From Candidatus Latescibacterota bacterium (GTDB lineage: Bacteria; Latescibacterota; UBA2968; GCA-2709665): a stretch of 64,000 bases of DNA. The notes beneath the pieces are model-generated. The model worked only from the letters and a program-made list of their open reading frames with translations, made no database searches and was not told where the DNA came from. Positions 47,886-56,688 of the stretch are shown here, piece by piece. The number at the start of each line of letters is the position of its first letter. Positions within the stretch are counted from its first letter, which is position 1. The stretch spans positions 3,104,001 to 3,168,000 of the forward strand of contig OZ252100.1 of NCBI GenBank assembly GCA_965248435.1, written 5' to 3'. The translations under genes and the position numbers were made by a program.

Positions 47886-47919
47886 TCGTGTCCTTTCGGA
47901 CACGACAGGATCGTCGTTC
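47886..47919. repeat. 34-bp hairpin repeat, copy 1
   Basis: tcgtgtcc-tttc-ggacacga-caggatcgtcgttc, identical to 59913..59946. Confidence 0.85.
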
Positions 47920-47990
47920 GTAAGGGCGGCGACGCAATATTTCTTGTCACTCGACAGATTGAACGCACAAGCTGATTCAGGGCGCGCCAG

Positions 47991-49172
47991 ATGCTGGATT
48001 TCGGATCTCTCAAGCAGCAGATCAACGAGATGGCGGCTGATCGGAAGTCTCTGCAAAGTGACTTTGGGAACCGGGTCGATCTCGCTGTTTCCGAGATGGA
48101 ACGGTGGGAGGATGGCTGGGACATCCTGTCGAACAGGATCGCCTCCAGCCGCACTTCGTGGCTCGTCGCCCGGCCGGGTGGGCCTTTTTCCGAGGTCTAT
48201 CCCCAGCCGGAGCGTCCCGCTGAACTGACGGTGATTGCAGCGGACGGGTCGCAGATCTTTCCGGATCGACACGAGGTGGCCAGCTGCTATCTGATCAACA
48301 TCGGCTCGGTGGCGATCCATTACGGATCAGGCGAGCGCCCCGCGATGGCGAGCCGGCCCACCCTCATCTACAAAGAGGCGGACCTCATACAGGAGTGGGC
48401 GGGGCGGCGCACGACAGTGACTCGGGAGATGGTGGGGGTGAGGCGAGGGGCGATGGAGTTCGATGAAGTGGCCAACCTTGCGGAGGACGCCCGGGCAGAA
48501 GGGAGAACGGTCGTCGGCCTGTCTGACGGGACGCTGATACTCTGGATGCTGGAGGGGAAGCCGAGTCCGATCCGGAGAGAGATCCTGGGCAGCACCCTGT
48601 CTTCGTTCGAACGTATGCGAGGCGCCGGGGTGCCCGTGGCCGGGTACATCAGCCAGCCTGGCAGTGCGGATGTGGTGAACGGCCTGCGCGTGGGCATGTG
48701 CCCTGAACGACCGCCAGATTGTGATCGATGTCCCTGGAAGACGCAAGAGGGGTCCGAGCTACCCTGTGAACCGATCGAGGGCGTCACGGACGGTGTCCTG
48801 TTCAAACGGCTGCTGAAGAAGGGTGAGCGGAGTGCGGTTTTTGGAAGCGCGTCGAAGATCCTTGACGATTACGGGGGACACCGGATATGCTTCTTCTATG
48901 TGAATACCGGCGTGGAGATTGCACGGATCGAAGTTCCGGAATGGGTGGTCGAGGGCCCGGAACTGCTGGATCTGGTCCACGCGACGGTCTGTGACCAGGC
49001 GGAGAAGGGAAACGGCTACCCGGTGGCACTGTCGGAGGCACACGAGCGAGCCGTCGTGCGCGGGACCGACCGGGAGATTTTCTATAAGTTTTTGAGAGAT
49101 GCTTTTGTGGAGCGGGATCTCAAGGCCGAGATTTCGGTGAAGAGTCTGAAGAAGCTTGCGGTATCTGTATGA
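47991..49172 (+). CDS. nurA: NurA 5'-3' nuclease
   Basis: AADGSQI, DGTLI, ARIEVP.W, GYPVALSEAHE.A; Cys-rich insert CPERPPDCDRC...C. Confidence 0.88.
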   Translation: MLDFGSLKQQINEMAADRKSLQSDFGNRVDLAVSEMERWEDGWDILSNRIASSRTSWLVARPGGPFSEVYPQPERPAELTVIAADGSQIFPDRHEVASCYLINIGSVAIHYGSGERPAMASRPTLIYKEADLIQEWAGRRTTVTREMVGVRRGAMEFDEVANLAEDARAEGRTVVGLSDGTLILWMLEGKPSPIRREILGSTLSSFERMRGAGVPVAGYISQPGSADVVNGLRVGMCPERPPDCDRCPWKTQEGSELPCEPIEGVTDGVLFKRLLKKGERSAVFGSASKILDDYGGHRICFFYVNTGVEIARIEVPEWVVEGPELLDLVHATVCDQAEKGNGYPVALSEAHERAVVRGTDREIFYKFLRDAFVERDLKAEISVKSLKKLAVSV

Positions 49173-50146
49173 CACAGTTAGGATTTGACACGTCGACCGA
49201 AAACATAAGAGGGCACTTGAAGTCGGTATTCCTCAGCTATTCTTGGGACTCCGAGGCCCATACAGTATGGGTGGCGCGGCTTGGAGACGCGCTCCGTGGG
49301 GCTGGTCTGGACGTGCGATTGGACCAGGTTGATCTACGCCCCGGTTCCGACCTCACCAAGTATATGGAGACTGCAGTGCGTGAGTCCGACTATGTCTTGC
49401 TGATCTGCACACCGGGATTTGCACAACGCTCTGACGCACGGATCGGCGGCGTGGGGTACGAGCACGGATTGGTCACGGGAGAGATCTTTTCGGGTGTTGC
49501 AGAAACCGAGAAGTTCATCCCCATCCTTCGAGGAGACCCTGCGGAGTCGATCCCGAGCTTCCTGCGAAGTCGCAAGTGGGTTGACTTCCGAGAGGAACCT
49601 ATGTTCGACGCAAGAGTCGCTGAGCTCATCTCCAGTATTTGCCACGGAATCTCCAAATCCGACTTCGGAACGCAGGATCTTGGAGCGACCCACAGGGATG
49701 CGGACATCAACGAGGATCTACGTGTCTACAAGGGAGCGTTCGACTTCGCTTGTACCAAGATGGGTAAGACGAAGAGCTCAGCTGAGGATTTTTCTGAGGA
49801 ATATCAACGGGACTGGTCGCTCGCAGCGCTCAGGGTATTCGAGCAGGTCTTTACATTTGCGAATTCGTCGATGAAGCTGTCGCGGTCTGACGCCGAAGAC
49901 TTCGCGCTGAAGTGGATGGAGCATGACGGCTACGACCATTTCGATCAGTATCGAGATGCGTTCGAGTTCGCGGCATCAAGGGATGGAAGAAATCTTTGTG
50001 CCTCAGAAGCTCGCAGATTCGTTGGGGACTTCGAGGAGGAGGTCGGCCTCGAGCACTTCCACAGATTCAAGCAGGCGTTCCGCATCGCTAGGGACGGAGG
50101 CAGGTCGCGTTCCGACGCTGAGGATTTCGCCTTCGACCAACTGTAG
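49169..50146 (+). CDS. TIR/SEFIR-domain protein with C-terminal helical repeats
   Basis: VFLSYSWD, LDQ.DL.PG, YVLLICTP, GGVGYE, KFIPILR; alternative TTG start at 49218. Confidence 0.85.
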   Translation: MTQLGFDTSTENIRGHLKSVFLSYSWDSEAHTVWVARLGDALRGAGLDVRLDQVDLRPGSDLTKYMETAVRESDYVLLICTPGFAQRSDARIGGVGYEHGLVTGEIFSGVAETEKFIPILRGDPAESIPSFLRSRKWVDFREEPMFDARVAELISSICHGISKSDFGTQDLGATHRDADINEDLRVYKGAFDFACTKMGKTKSSAEDFSEEYQRDWSLAALRVFEQVFTFANSSMKLSRSDAEDFALKWMEHDGYDHFDQYRDAFEFAASRDGRNLCASEARRFVGDFEEEVGLEHFHRFKQAFRIARDGGRSRSDAEDFAFDQL

Positions 50147-50233
50147 AGGTGAAAGGCTAGCTCGCGATTGCTGTAGGCTGACCGCGCAGCAGAATTCGTG
50201 AGACTGATGTATCGCACTAAATGAGGAGGCATC

Positions 50234-51292
50234 GTGATGGAGCCTGTGAGGTTGGGTATCGTTGGCTGTGGCGTGATAGGCACTCAGCATCTGGATCTTG
50301 CAGAAAAGTGTCCTCTGGCTGAGGTGGTCGCGATAGCGGACGTCGTGGAAGACCGGGTTCGTGCCGCCGCAGAGCGATTTGATATATCCACCACATATGA
50401 TAACGGTGACGACTTGATCAATGACGAACAGGTGGATGCCGTGGTCCTCGCAATGCCCGCGGGCTTTCGGACTCCAGTAGCGTTAAAGGTGCTGGAGCGG
50501 AAGAAGCACGTCCTCCTGGAGAAGCCTGTTGCAAGATCTGTTGAGGAAGTGGAGAAAATCATGGCGCTGCAGGGAGACCGCGTGGTCGGCTGCTGCTCAT
50601 CCCGGTTTGTCTTCACCGGCCACGCTGAAGCTGCCACCAGGTGTATCGCGTCGGGAGGTCTGGGGGAGATTCGTATGGTGCGCGTCCGAGGGGTGCAAGG
50701 GGCACCAGAGGCACCGAGGGACAATCCGCCGGCGTGGCGTCAGAACATGGAACAGAATGGCGGTGGGGTCCTCGTAAACGTGGGTATCTACGATCTGGAC
50801 TATATGATGCACGTCACGGGATGGGAGCTAAAGCCGAAGGTAGTGCTGGCCACGTGGTGGCCTGCGGCAGATCCGATGTCGGCTTACGTGGCACCCGACT
50901 CGGATGCCGACTCCCACTGCGTCGGGCTCTTTCTCTGTGAGAGGGGTATCGTGTTCAGCATGGAGCGGGGAGAATTCTGCAGTACGGAGACGGACAACGC
51001 GTGGGAGATCGTCGGTACGGAAGGTACGCTTTATCTACCGGTCCGCCCGCAGAAGGGCATACCGGCTGCGGTGGTCCTGGATCGATTCGTTCCTGGCGAG
51101 GGCGTGGTACGCGAAACGCTGTGGGAGGAGGGTCAGGGGGACGTGGAAAACGATATCCTAAACGATTTTGTCTGCGCCATTCGAGAAGGCAGACAGCCGA
51201 GGACGGACCTGGAACAATCCCTGGTCCTGCAGAAGATGATTGACGCGATTTATGCTTCGGCGAAATTGGGCAAGTCTGTGTCGATATCTTGA
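50234..51292 (+). CDS. Gfo/Idh/MocA oxidoreductase
   Basis: GIVGCGVIG, HVLLEKP, GGG.L. Confidence 0.9.
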   Translation: MMEPVRLGIVGCGVIGTQHLDLAEKCPLAEVVAIADVVEDRVRAAAERFDISTTYDNGDDLINDEQVDAVVLAMPAGFRTPVALKVLERKKHVLLEKPVARSVEEVEKIMALQGDRVVGCCSSRFVFTGHAEAATRCIASGGLGEIRMVRVRGVQGAPEAPRDNPPAWRQNMEQNGGGVLVNVGIYDLDYMMHVTGWELKPKVVLATWWPAADPMSAYVAPDSDADSHCVGLFLCERGIVFSMERGEFCSTETDNAWEIVGTEGTLYLPVRPQKGIPAAVVLDRFVPGEGVVRETLWEEGQGDVENDILNDFVCAIREGRQPRTDLEQSLVLQKMIDAIYASAKLGKSVSIS

Positions 51293-51391
51293 TTTGGCTT
51301 TTGCCGGAATCGAAAGGCAAAGTCCCAAGAGGCGCGGAGAGCGCAGAGAAAACGAACAATGAAATCGATGATTGAAAGGGGAAAGTGAACC

Positions 51392-52153
51392 ATGAAATTG
51401 TGTTTTATGACGTTTGTCTGTCCCAGTTGGGATCTTGAACGCGTCGTCCAGTTCGCCAAAGAGACGGATTACGACGGAGTGGAGATCAGGGTGGATCTCG
51501 GACACAATCACGGGATCTCGTCTTTGTCCTCAGCCGACGAACGGCGACGTGCAAAGGACCTTTTTGCGGACACGGGGGTGGAGATCCCGTGCGTGGCGAG
51601 CTCGGCACGCCTTTCCAACCCTGACCCCGAGAAACACGCGGAGCACCTCAAAAATGCCAAAGCGGATCTGGATCTGGCGGCCGATCTCGGCGCGCCCATT
51701 GTCAGGATTTTCGCCGGGAAGGAAGTACCCGAACTGACGACGGATGTCGCGATTCAAGTGGCGGCAGCGTTCGACGAACTCGGCGCGTACACCGAAGGCA
51801 CGGGAGTGAGTCCGATGCTCGAGTGTGGGCACGATATCATCATCCCGACGGATAAGGCGGCCGAGATTGTCAATCGCATCACGGGGCCGAATGTGGGTGC
51901 CCTGTGGAACGATTCGAACATGGACGACAAGGCCTACGATCTGCTGAAAGATCGCCTCAGACATTTTCATGTTCACGATGAGGTGCTCGATCCGGAGAAT
52001 ACAAACATCCTGGACCTGGCAAAGCGGATGAAATCTCACGGTTACACGGGCTACGTGTCTCTGGAAATCATCTGGAAAAAGGACATGCCGGAAGATCAGC
52101 TGAGGGAGACGGGGTCGAGGCTCAAGGGGTATATCTCACAGGTCTATGGGTAG
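51392..52153 (+). CDS. sugar phosphate isomerase/epimerase
   Basis: YDGVEIR, VRIF, MLECGH, WND, HFHVHD, GYVSLE. Confidence 0.8.
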   Translation: MKLCFMTFVCPSWDLERVVQFAKETDYDGVEIRVDLGHNHGISSLSSADERRRAKDLFADTGVEIPCVASSARLSNPDPEKHAEHLKNAKADLDLAADLGAPIVRIFAGKEVPELTTDVAIQVAAAFDELGAYTEGTGVSPMLECGHDIIIPTDKAAEIVNRITGPNVGALWNDSNMDDKAYDLLKDRLRHFHVHDEVLDPENTNILDLAKRMKSHGYTGYVSLEIIWKKDMPEDQLRETGSRLKGYISQVYG

Positions 52154-52204
52154 GGTTGGCGGAGAGGAGGCGGTTTCAGTGAAAAACAAGGGAATCGAGA
52201 GAAC

Positions 52205-52792
52205 ATGGATCGCGTGAACTCCACGGAAACGGTCGGCGAAGTGATCGAAAGCAGTACGTCAGAGTTTCTGGCGGAGAGCCGGGAGCTGAACGAAGGACCT
52301 TCGTTCGGGACCTTCGTCAAGACCGGGCCTGAACCTGTGATTTATGGGCTGGTTTTCAACTCCACGACACATTCACTCGAGCCTAACCGAAGGCCCAGGG
52401 CCTATGGAAAGACGGAAGCGGAGCTTCGCCTGGAGCAGCCCCAGATCTTCGAGCTCCTTACGACCGAGTTCGCGGTCGTGGTGATCGGTCACTTGTCCGA
52501 GCGTGGTCCTGAACGCGTTCTGCCTCCCCAGCCACCTCGCATCCACAACTTTGTATATACGTGTGATGAGGCGGAAGTGAAGGCCTTGACCGTTGACGGA
52601 GACTTCGTACGGACGATCTTGGGTCGCCCCGCACTGCCTGCCGATGATCTAATCATCGCGGCCGTGCGAAATGCTTGGCACGCACGCGCCTTCGAGATGC
52701 CTTACATGGTGTCTCTGGGCAAGGACCTTTGTCGGCTCGTTCGAGACGACTATGACCGCCTCAGCTCGATTATGCGGAGGATCTCTTCGTGA
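52205..52792 (+). CDS. stand-alone HAS-barrel protein of the HerA-NurA system
   Basis: VGEVIESST..F, P.FG.FV, PPQPP..H; overlaps the herA start. Confidence 0.75.
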   Translation: MDRVNSTETVGEVIESSTSEFLAESRELNEGPSFGTFVKTGPEPVIYGLVFNSTTHSLEPNRRPRAYGKTEAELRLEQPQIFELLTTEFAVVVIGHLSERGPERVLPPQPPRIHNFVYTCDEAEVKALTVDGDFVRTILGRPALPADDLIIAAVRNAWHARAFEMPYMVSLGKDLCRLVRDDYDRLSSIMRRISS

Positions 52793-54468
52793 GCAGCGTC
52801 GGGAAACAGGCTACGCCTGAATGGAATGGATCGGGTTCCGGGAATGAGATCGGTGTCATTACGCAGGGCTCGCTGACTGAAGGCGTGGAGATGAAGCTGA
52901 ATCCGGACCGGAGTGTGGAGGATGTGAAGGCGGGCAAGTTCGTGGTGATCGAGGGATTCAAGAACGAATTCTTTTCGATGATTACGGACCTGAGCCTGGA
53001 CGCGACGAACCCAGACATCCTTCTGTATCCGCCGATGGAAGGAGACCGGCTGCTGCACAGCGTGCTGAATGGATCGAGTACCTACGTGACGGTGTCTCTT
53101 CGGCCCATGCTGATGCTCGAGCGAGGCGAGGAGATGGGCGATGAGCCCCGTCCGGTCAAGACGATCCCGAGCCACTTTTCCAGGGTGATCGAGGCGGAGG
53201 AGGAGGATGTCTCCAGGGTGTTCGGGAGCGAGGCGAGGGGCGAGCGATTCTTCAATATGGGTACGCCGCTGGATATGGAGACACCGGTCTGCCTCAACCT
53301 GGACCGCTTTGTGGAGCGGAGCAACGGGATCTTCGGAAAGACAGGAACCGGAAAGTCCTTTTTGACGCGACTCGTCCTGTGTGGAATGATCAAGCAGGAA
53401 CGGGCCGTGAATTTGATTTTCGACATGCACAACGAGTACGGGTTTCAGGCGATGCAGGAGGCCGGGTTGGGCAAGGGAGGATTCGTCAAAGGTCTGAAGC
53501 AGCTTTTCGGGAGCCGCGTGGCGCTGTTCTCTCTTGACCCGGAGTCCACGCGGAAGCGCGGGCAGCAGCCGGATCACGAGGTGACGATCTCCTACGACCA
53601 GATTGCTGTGGAGGACGTGATTGCGCTTCAGGATGAACTGCAGTTGAATCCTACCGCCGCGGAGTCGGCCTATCTGGTCTACGCGATGTATAAACAGCGT
53701 TGGCTGCGGCAGTTGCTGTCGATCGACGGTCCGGATCTCGAGCAGTTTGCGGATGACCTGGGGGCGAACAAAAGCTCACTTTCGGCGCTGCACCGGAAGT
53801 TGAGACGGATCGAGACGTTCCCCTTTACGGTGGACCGGCTGGATGGTCCGGATGCGGTGGATACGATGATGGACTACATCGACCGCGGGATCCACATCGT
53901 TCTGGAGTTCGGACGCCAGACGAGCATGCTGGCCTATCTGCTGGTCGCCAACATCATCTCGCGACGCATCCACGAGAAGTATGTGCAGAAGAGCGAGCAG
54001 TTCTACGCGACACAGGACCCCGCGGACCGACCCCGGCAGCTAGTGATCACGATCGAGGAGGCGCACAAGTTCCTGAACATGACGACGGCCAAGCAGACGA
54101 TTTTCGGGACGATTGCGAGGGAGATGCGGAAGTATTACGTTTCCCTCCTCGTTGTAGATCAGCGCCCATCCGGGATCGACGAGGAGGTGCTGTCCCAGCT
54201 CGGGACGAAGATCACGGCGCTTCTGAACGACGAGAAGGATATTCAGGCGGTGCTGACGGGGATGTCGAACGCATCGGGGCTGAGGAGCGTGCTGGCGAGC
54301 CTGGACTCGAAGCAACAGGCCCTGGTCTTCGGCCACGCCGTACCGATGCCGGTTGTGATCCGCACGCGGGACTATGACGCGGCCTTCTATCGGGCCATGG
54401 GAGACCTGGATGATGAGGAGGTTGTGACCCGCGCGGAGACGGCCTCGGCGGCGGTATTCGGGGACTAG
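52789..54468 (+). CDS. herA: HerA-family ATPase/helicase
   Basis: N-terminal HAS barrel, GKTGTGKS, FDMHNEYG, IEEAH, REMRK, DQRPS. Confidence 0.9.
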   Translation: MSSVGKQATPEWNGSGSGNEIGVITQGSLTEGVEMKLNPDRSVEDVKAGKFVVIEGFKNEFFSMITDLSLDATNPDILLYPPMEGDRLLHSVLNGSSTYVTVSLRPMLMLERGEEMGDEPRPVKTIPSHFSRVIEAEEEDVSRVFGSEARGERFFNMGTPLDMETPVCLNLDRFVERSNGIFGKTGTGKSFLTRLVLCGMIKQERAVNLIFDMHNEYGFQAMQEAGLGKGGFVKGLKQLFGSRVALFSLDPESTRKRGQQPDHEVTISYDQIAVEDVIALQDELQLNPTAAESAYLVYAMYKQRWLRQLLSIDGPDLEQFADDLGANKSSLSALHRKLRRIETFPFTVDRLDGPDAVDTMMDYIDRGIHIVLEFGRQTSMLAYLLVANIISRRIHEKYVQKSEQFYATQDPADRPRQLVITIEEAHKFLNMTTAKQTIFGTIAREMRKYYVSLLVVDQRPSGIDEEVLSQLGTKITALLNDEKDIQAVLTGMSNASGLRSVLASLDSKQQALVFGHAVPMPVVIRTRDYDAAFYRAMGDLDDEEVVTRAETASAAVFGD

Positions 54469-54519
54469 CCGGGCCCTTCCAGGGGTTTGCGTTCGAGAGC
54501 GCGGATGGCGCGGAAAAAA

Positions 54520-54864
54520 TCAAGCAGATTCCGGCGAACTGCCGCTCGTATTTTCCTGGATCCAGTCCAGGTAAGGCGGATGGCCCTCGACAATCGGTAG
54601 GGCGGTGATGCCGGGGACTTCGTAGCTGTGGAGCTCGCCGGCGCGTTGGATCAGGGCCTGCAGCTGTGCGCGGGTCGTTTTGAGGAACATCAGGGCTTCA
54701 GGTTCGTCTTCGACCTTGCCCCGCCAGCGGTAGATGGACCGGATTTGGGGAACGATGTTCGCGCAGGCCGCCAGGCGCTCCTCGACGAGGGTTCGACCGA
54801 TTGTAGCAGCTTCGTCTTCCGAGCCGGCAGTGATGAAGACGACGTGGGGTTCGTTTTCAGTCAC
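54520..54864 (-). CDS. cutA: divalent-cation tolerance protein CutA
   Basis: LAACANI, SIYRW.G, H.YEVP, YLDWI. Confidence 0.95.
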   Translation of the reverse strand: MTENEPHVVFITAGSEDEAATIGRTLVEERLAACANIVPQIRSIYRWRGKVEDEPEALMFLKTTRAQLQALIQRAGELHSYEVPGITALPIVEGHPPYLDWIQENTSGSSPESA

Positions 54865-55343
54865 GGGATCTCCTTTCGGGCCTTTTCAGCGTGCTCCTTA
54901 ATCTTCTCCAGCCTGCTGTTCATTCGGTTCAGGTGCGTTCCCTGCCAGTAGACCCGGCTGCACTTGGGACACTCGTGAAAGCGCCGCTGGGTCTCGTAAA
55001 CGTAGGGCGGAATTCGGTCTTGAACGGCCTCTGGCTGCACCTGGAGGATGGGCTCGTTACAGACCAGACAGAGGGTGAAGGTCTCACGATCGAGGTTCAA
55101 CCCCAGTGTCTGGACGAGCTGGAACATCTGATCATCCAGGCCGTCGTGGGTGATGAGGAAACTACGCCCGTCGGGGGAACGATCCGCCAAGGGCCTGTCG
55201 CGTGTGAGGAGAACGCGGTCTTCCGTCAGGGCCTGATTCAGGATCGTATCGTCGTCGGCAAGCGGATCGTAGGCGGTGTCATATCCGAGAATTCTGAGCC
55301 ACCGAGCCAACTTGCCGAGCATGCTGTCGGCGACAAACTTCAT
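54861..55343 (-). CDS. Mut7-C (PIN-like) RNase domain protein
   Basis: FVADSMLGKLARWLRILGYD, RVLLTRD, CLVCN, CPKC..VYW.G.H. Confidence 0.9.
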   Translation of the reverse strand: MKFVADSMLGKLARWLRILGYDTAYDPLADDDTILNQALTEDRVLLTRDRPLADRSPDGRSFLITHDGLDDQMFQLVQTLGLNLDRETFTLCLVCNEPILQVQPEAVQDRIPPYVYETQRRFHECPKCSRVYWQGTHLNRMNSRLEKIKEHAEKARKEIP

Positions 55344-55360
55344 GTCAGTAATATATAAAA

Positions 55361-55496
55361 GACCGGGTACCGGGTATACAGTAGATGGCGACAGAGATCT
55401 GACGGCTTAGGGGCGACGCAGGCGTCTCCCCTAAAACCAAACACGGGTACCGGGTACGAGAAAATTGCGGATTGCGGATTTGGGATTGCGGAATGA
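55361..55496. repeat. cluster of short repeats (GGGTACC tracts, REP-like palindrome, ATTGCGG tract)
   Basis: gaccgggtaccggg; ttaggggcgacgcaggcgtctcccctaa; cgggtaccgggtac; attgcggattgcggatttgggattgcgg. Confidence 0.7.
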
Positions 55497-55562
55497 AGGG
55501 CAGAGCCGCCTAACCGCAGAGACAGGATCAGGCAACTCCAATCATATGGACCTATTTTGACC

Positions 55563-56669
55563 ATGGCGCTTGAGCTTTCACCCGAAGAACTGGGATTCGA
55601 TCCCGAAAGGCTGGAGCGTGCAAAGGACGTCCTCGTTCGCCACGTGAAAAGAGAGACGACACCTGGGGCTGTGGGGGTGGTTGTGCGCGGCGGGGCTGTT
55701 GCGGCGAAGTGGGCGGTGGGGCGGCACAGCTACGACCCCTTCTCGCCAGAGGTGCGGGTAGAGGACGTCTACGATCTGGCTTCTCTGACGAAGGTGGTGG
55801 CAACCACAGCGATCTGCTTGCTTCTAGAGGAAGCGGGCCGACTGGATCTGGATGAGCCCGTTGCAGAAAGAGTCAAGGAGTTTCGGGGAGCGGGACGCGA
55901 GAAGGTTACAGCCAGGCAGCTGCTTGCACACTGCAGCGGTCTTCCCGCACACGCCGAGCTGTATCGCGTCTGTTTTTCGCCGGAGGCGGTCCAGGAGGCG
56001 GTGTGCAAGATCCCGCTGGCCTACGAACCGGGGACGCAGGATGTCTACAGCGATATTGGGTTCATTCTTCTGGGGATCACGTTGGAGCGGGTGAGCGGGC
56101 ATCGTCTGGGACGATTGGCCCGACAGTACGTCTTTGGCCCGCTCGGCATGTCGGATACGACATATCGTCCCGGGCGGGAACTGCACTACCGCATCCCCCC
56201 TACTGAATACGATTCCACAGTGCGAGGGCGATTGATTCACGGGGAAGTGCACGACGAGAATGCGTGGGCCATGCGGGGCGTGGCGCCGCACGCAGGCTTA
56301 TTCGGCCCGGCCGAAGACCTGACGCGATTTTTGCAGACGTTTCTAAACGGCGGCAGGCAGGAGGGTCGTCGGGTTTTTCCGAAGGATAAAGTCGACGCCT
56401 ATACGGCGAGAGCGGATCTGGTGCCGGGAAGCACGCGTGCACTGGGGTGGGACACCGTTTCCGAGGAGGGGAGCATGACCGGCAAACATTTTTCCCCGAA
56501 ATCTTACGGGAGTCTCGGGTTTACGGGCACCTCCATCTGGGCGGACCCCACACGAGACCTTGGCGTGGTCCTGCTGACGAATCGGATCCATCCCAGCCGG
56601 GAGAATACGGGGATCAGGCGGCTGAGGCCGGCCTTTCACAACGCCATAGCTGAAGCCCTAGTCACGTGA
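55563..56669 (+). CDS. serine hydrolase, beta-lactamase class C/AmiE-like
   Basis: DLASLTK, LLAHCSG, YSD, GEVHDENA, HAGLF, GFTGT. Confidence 0.88.
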   Translation: MALELSPEELGFDPERLERAKDVLVRHVKRETTPGAVGVVVRGGAVAAKWAVGRHSYDPFSPEVRVEDVYDLASLTKVVATTAICLLLEEAGRLDLDEPVAERVKEFRGAGREKVTARQLLAHCSGLPAHAELYRVCFSPEAVQEAVCKIPLAYEPGTQDVYSDIGFILLGITLERVSGHRLGRLARQYVFGPLGMSDTTYRPGRELHYRIPPTEYDSTVRGRLIHGEVHDENAWAMRGVAPHAGLFGPAEDLTRFLQTFLNGGRQEGRRVFPKDKVDAYTARADLVPGSTRALGWDTVSEEGSMTGKHFSPKSYGSLGFTGTSIWADPTRDLGVVLLTNRIHPSRENTGIRRLRPAFHNAIAEALVT

Positions 56670-56688
56670 ACCAGGGGCAGTTGCCCGG

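Noticed and set aside
50147-50215. attC site after the TIR gene
   Set aside because: Only an imperfect hairpin; no RYYYAAC/GTTRRRY boxes and no integron integrase.
54520-55343. Mut7-C RNase and CutA as parts of the HerA/TIR system or a toxin-antitoxin pair
   Set aside because: Opposite strand, convergent with herA, both common stand-alone genes, and no antitoxin-like partner.
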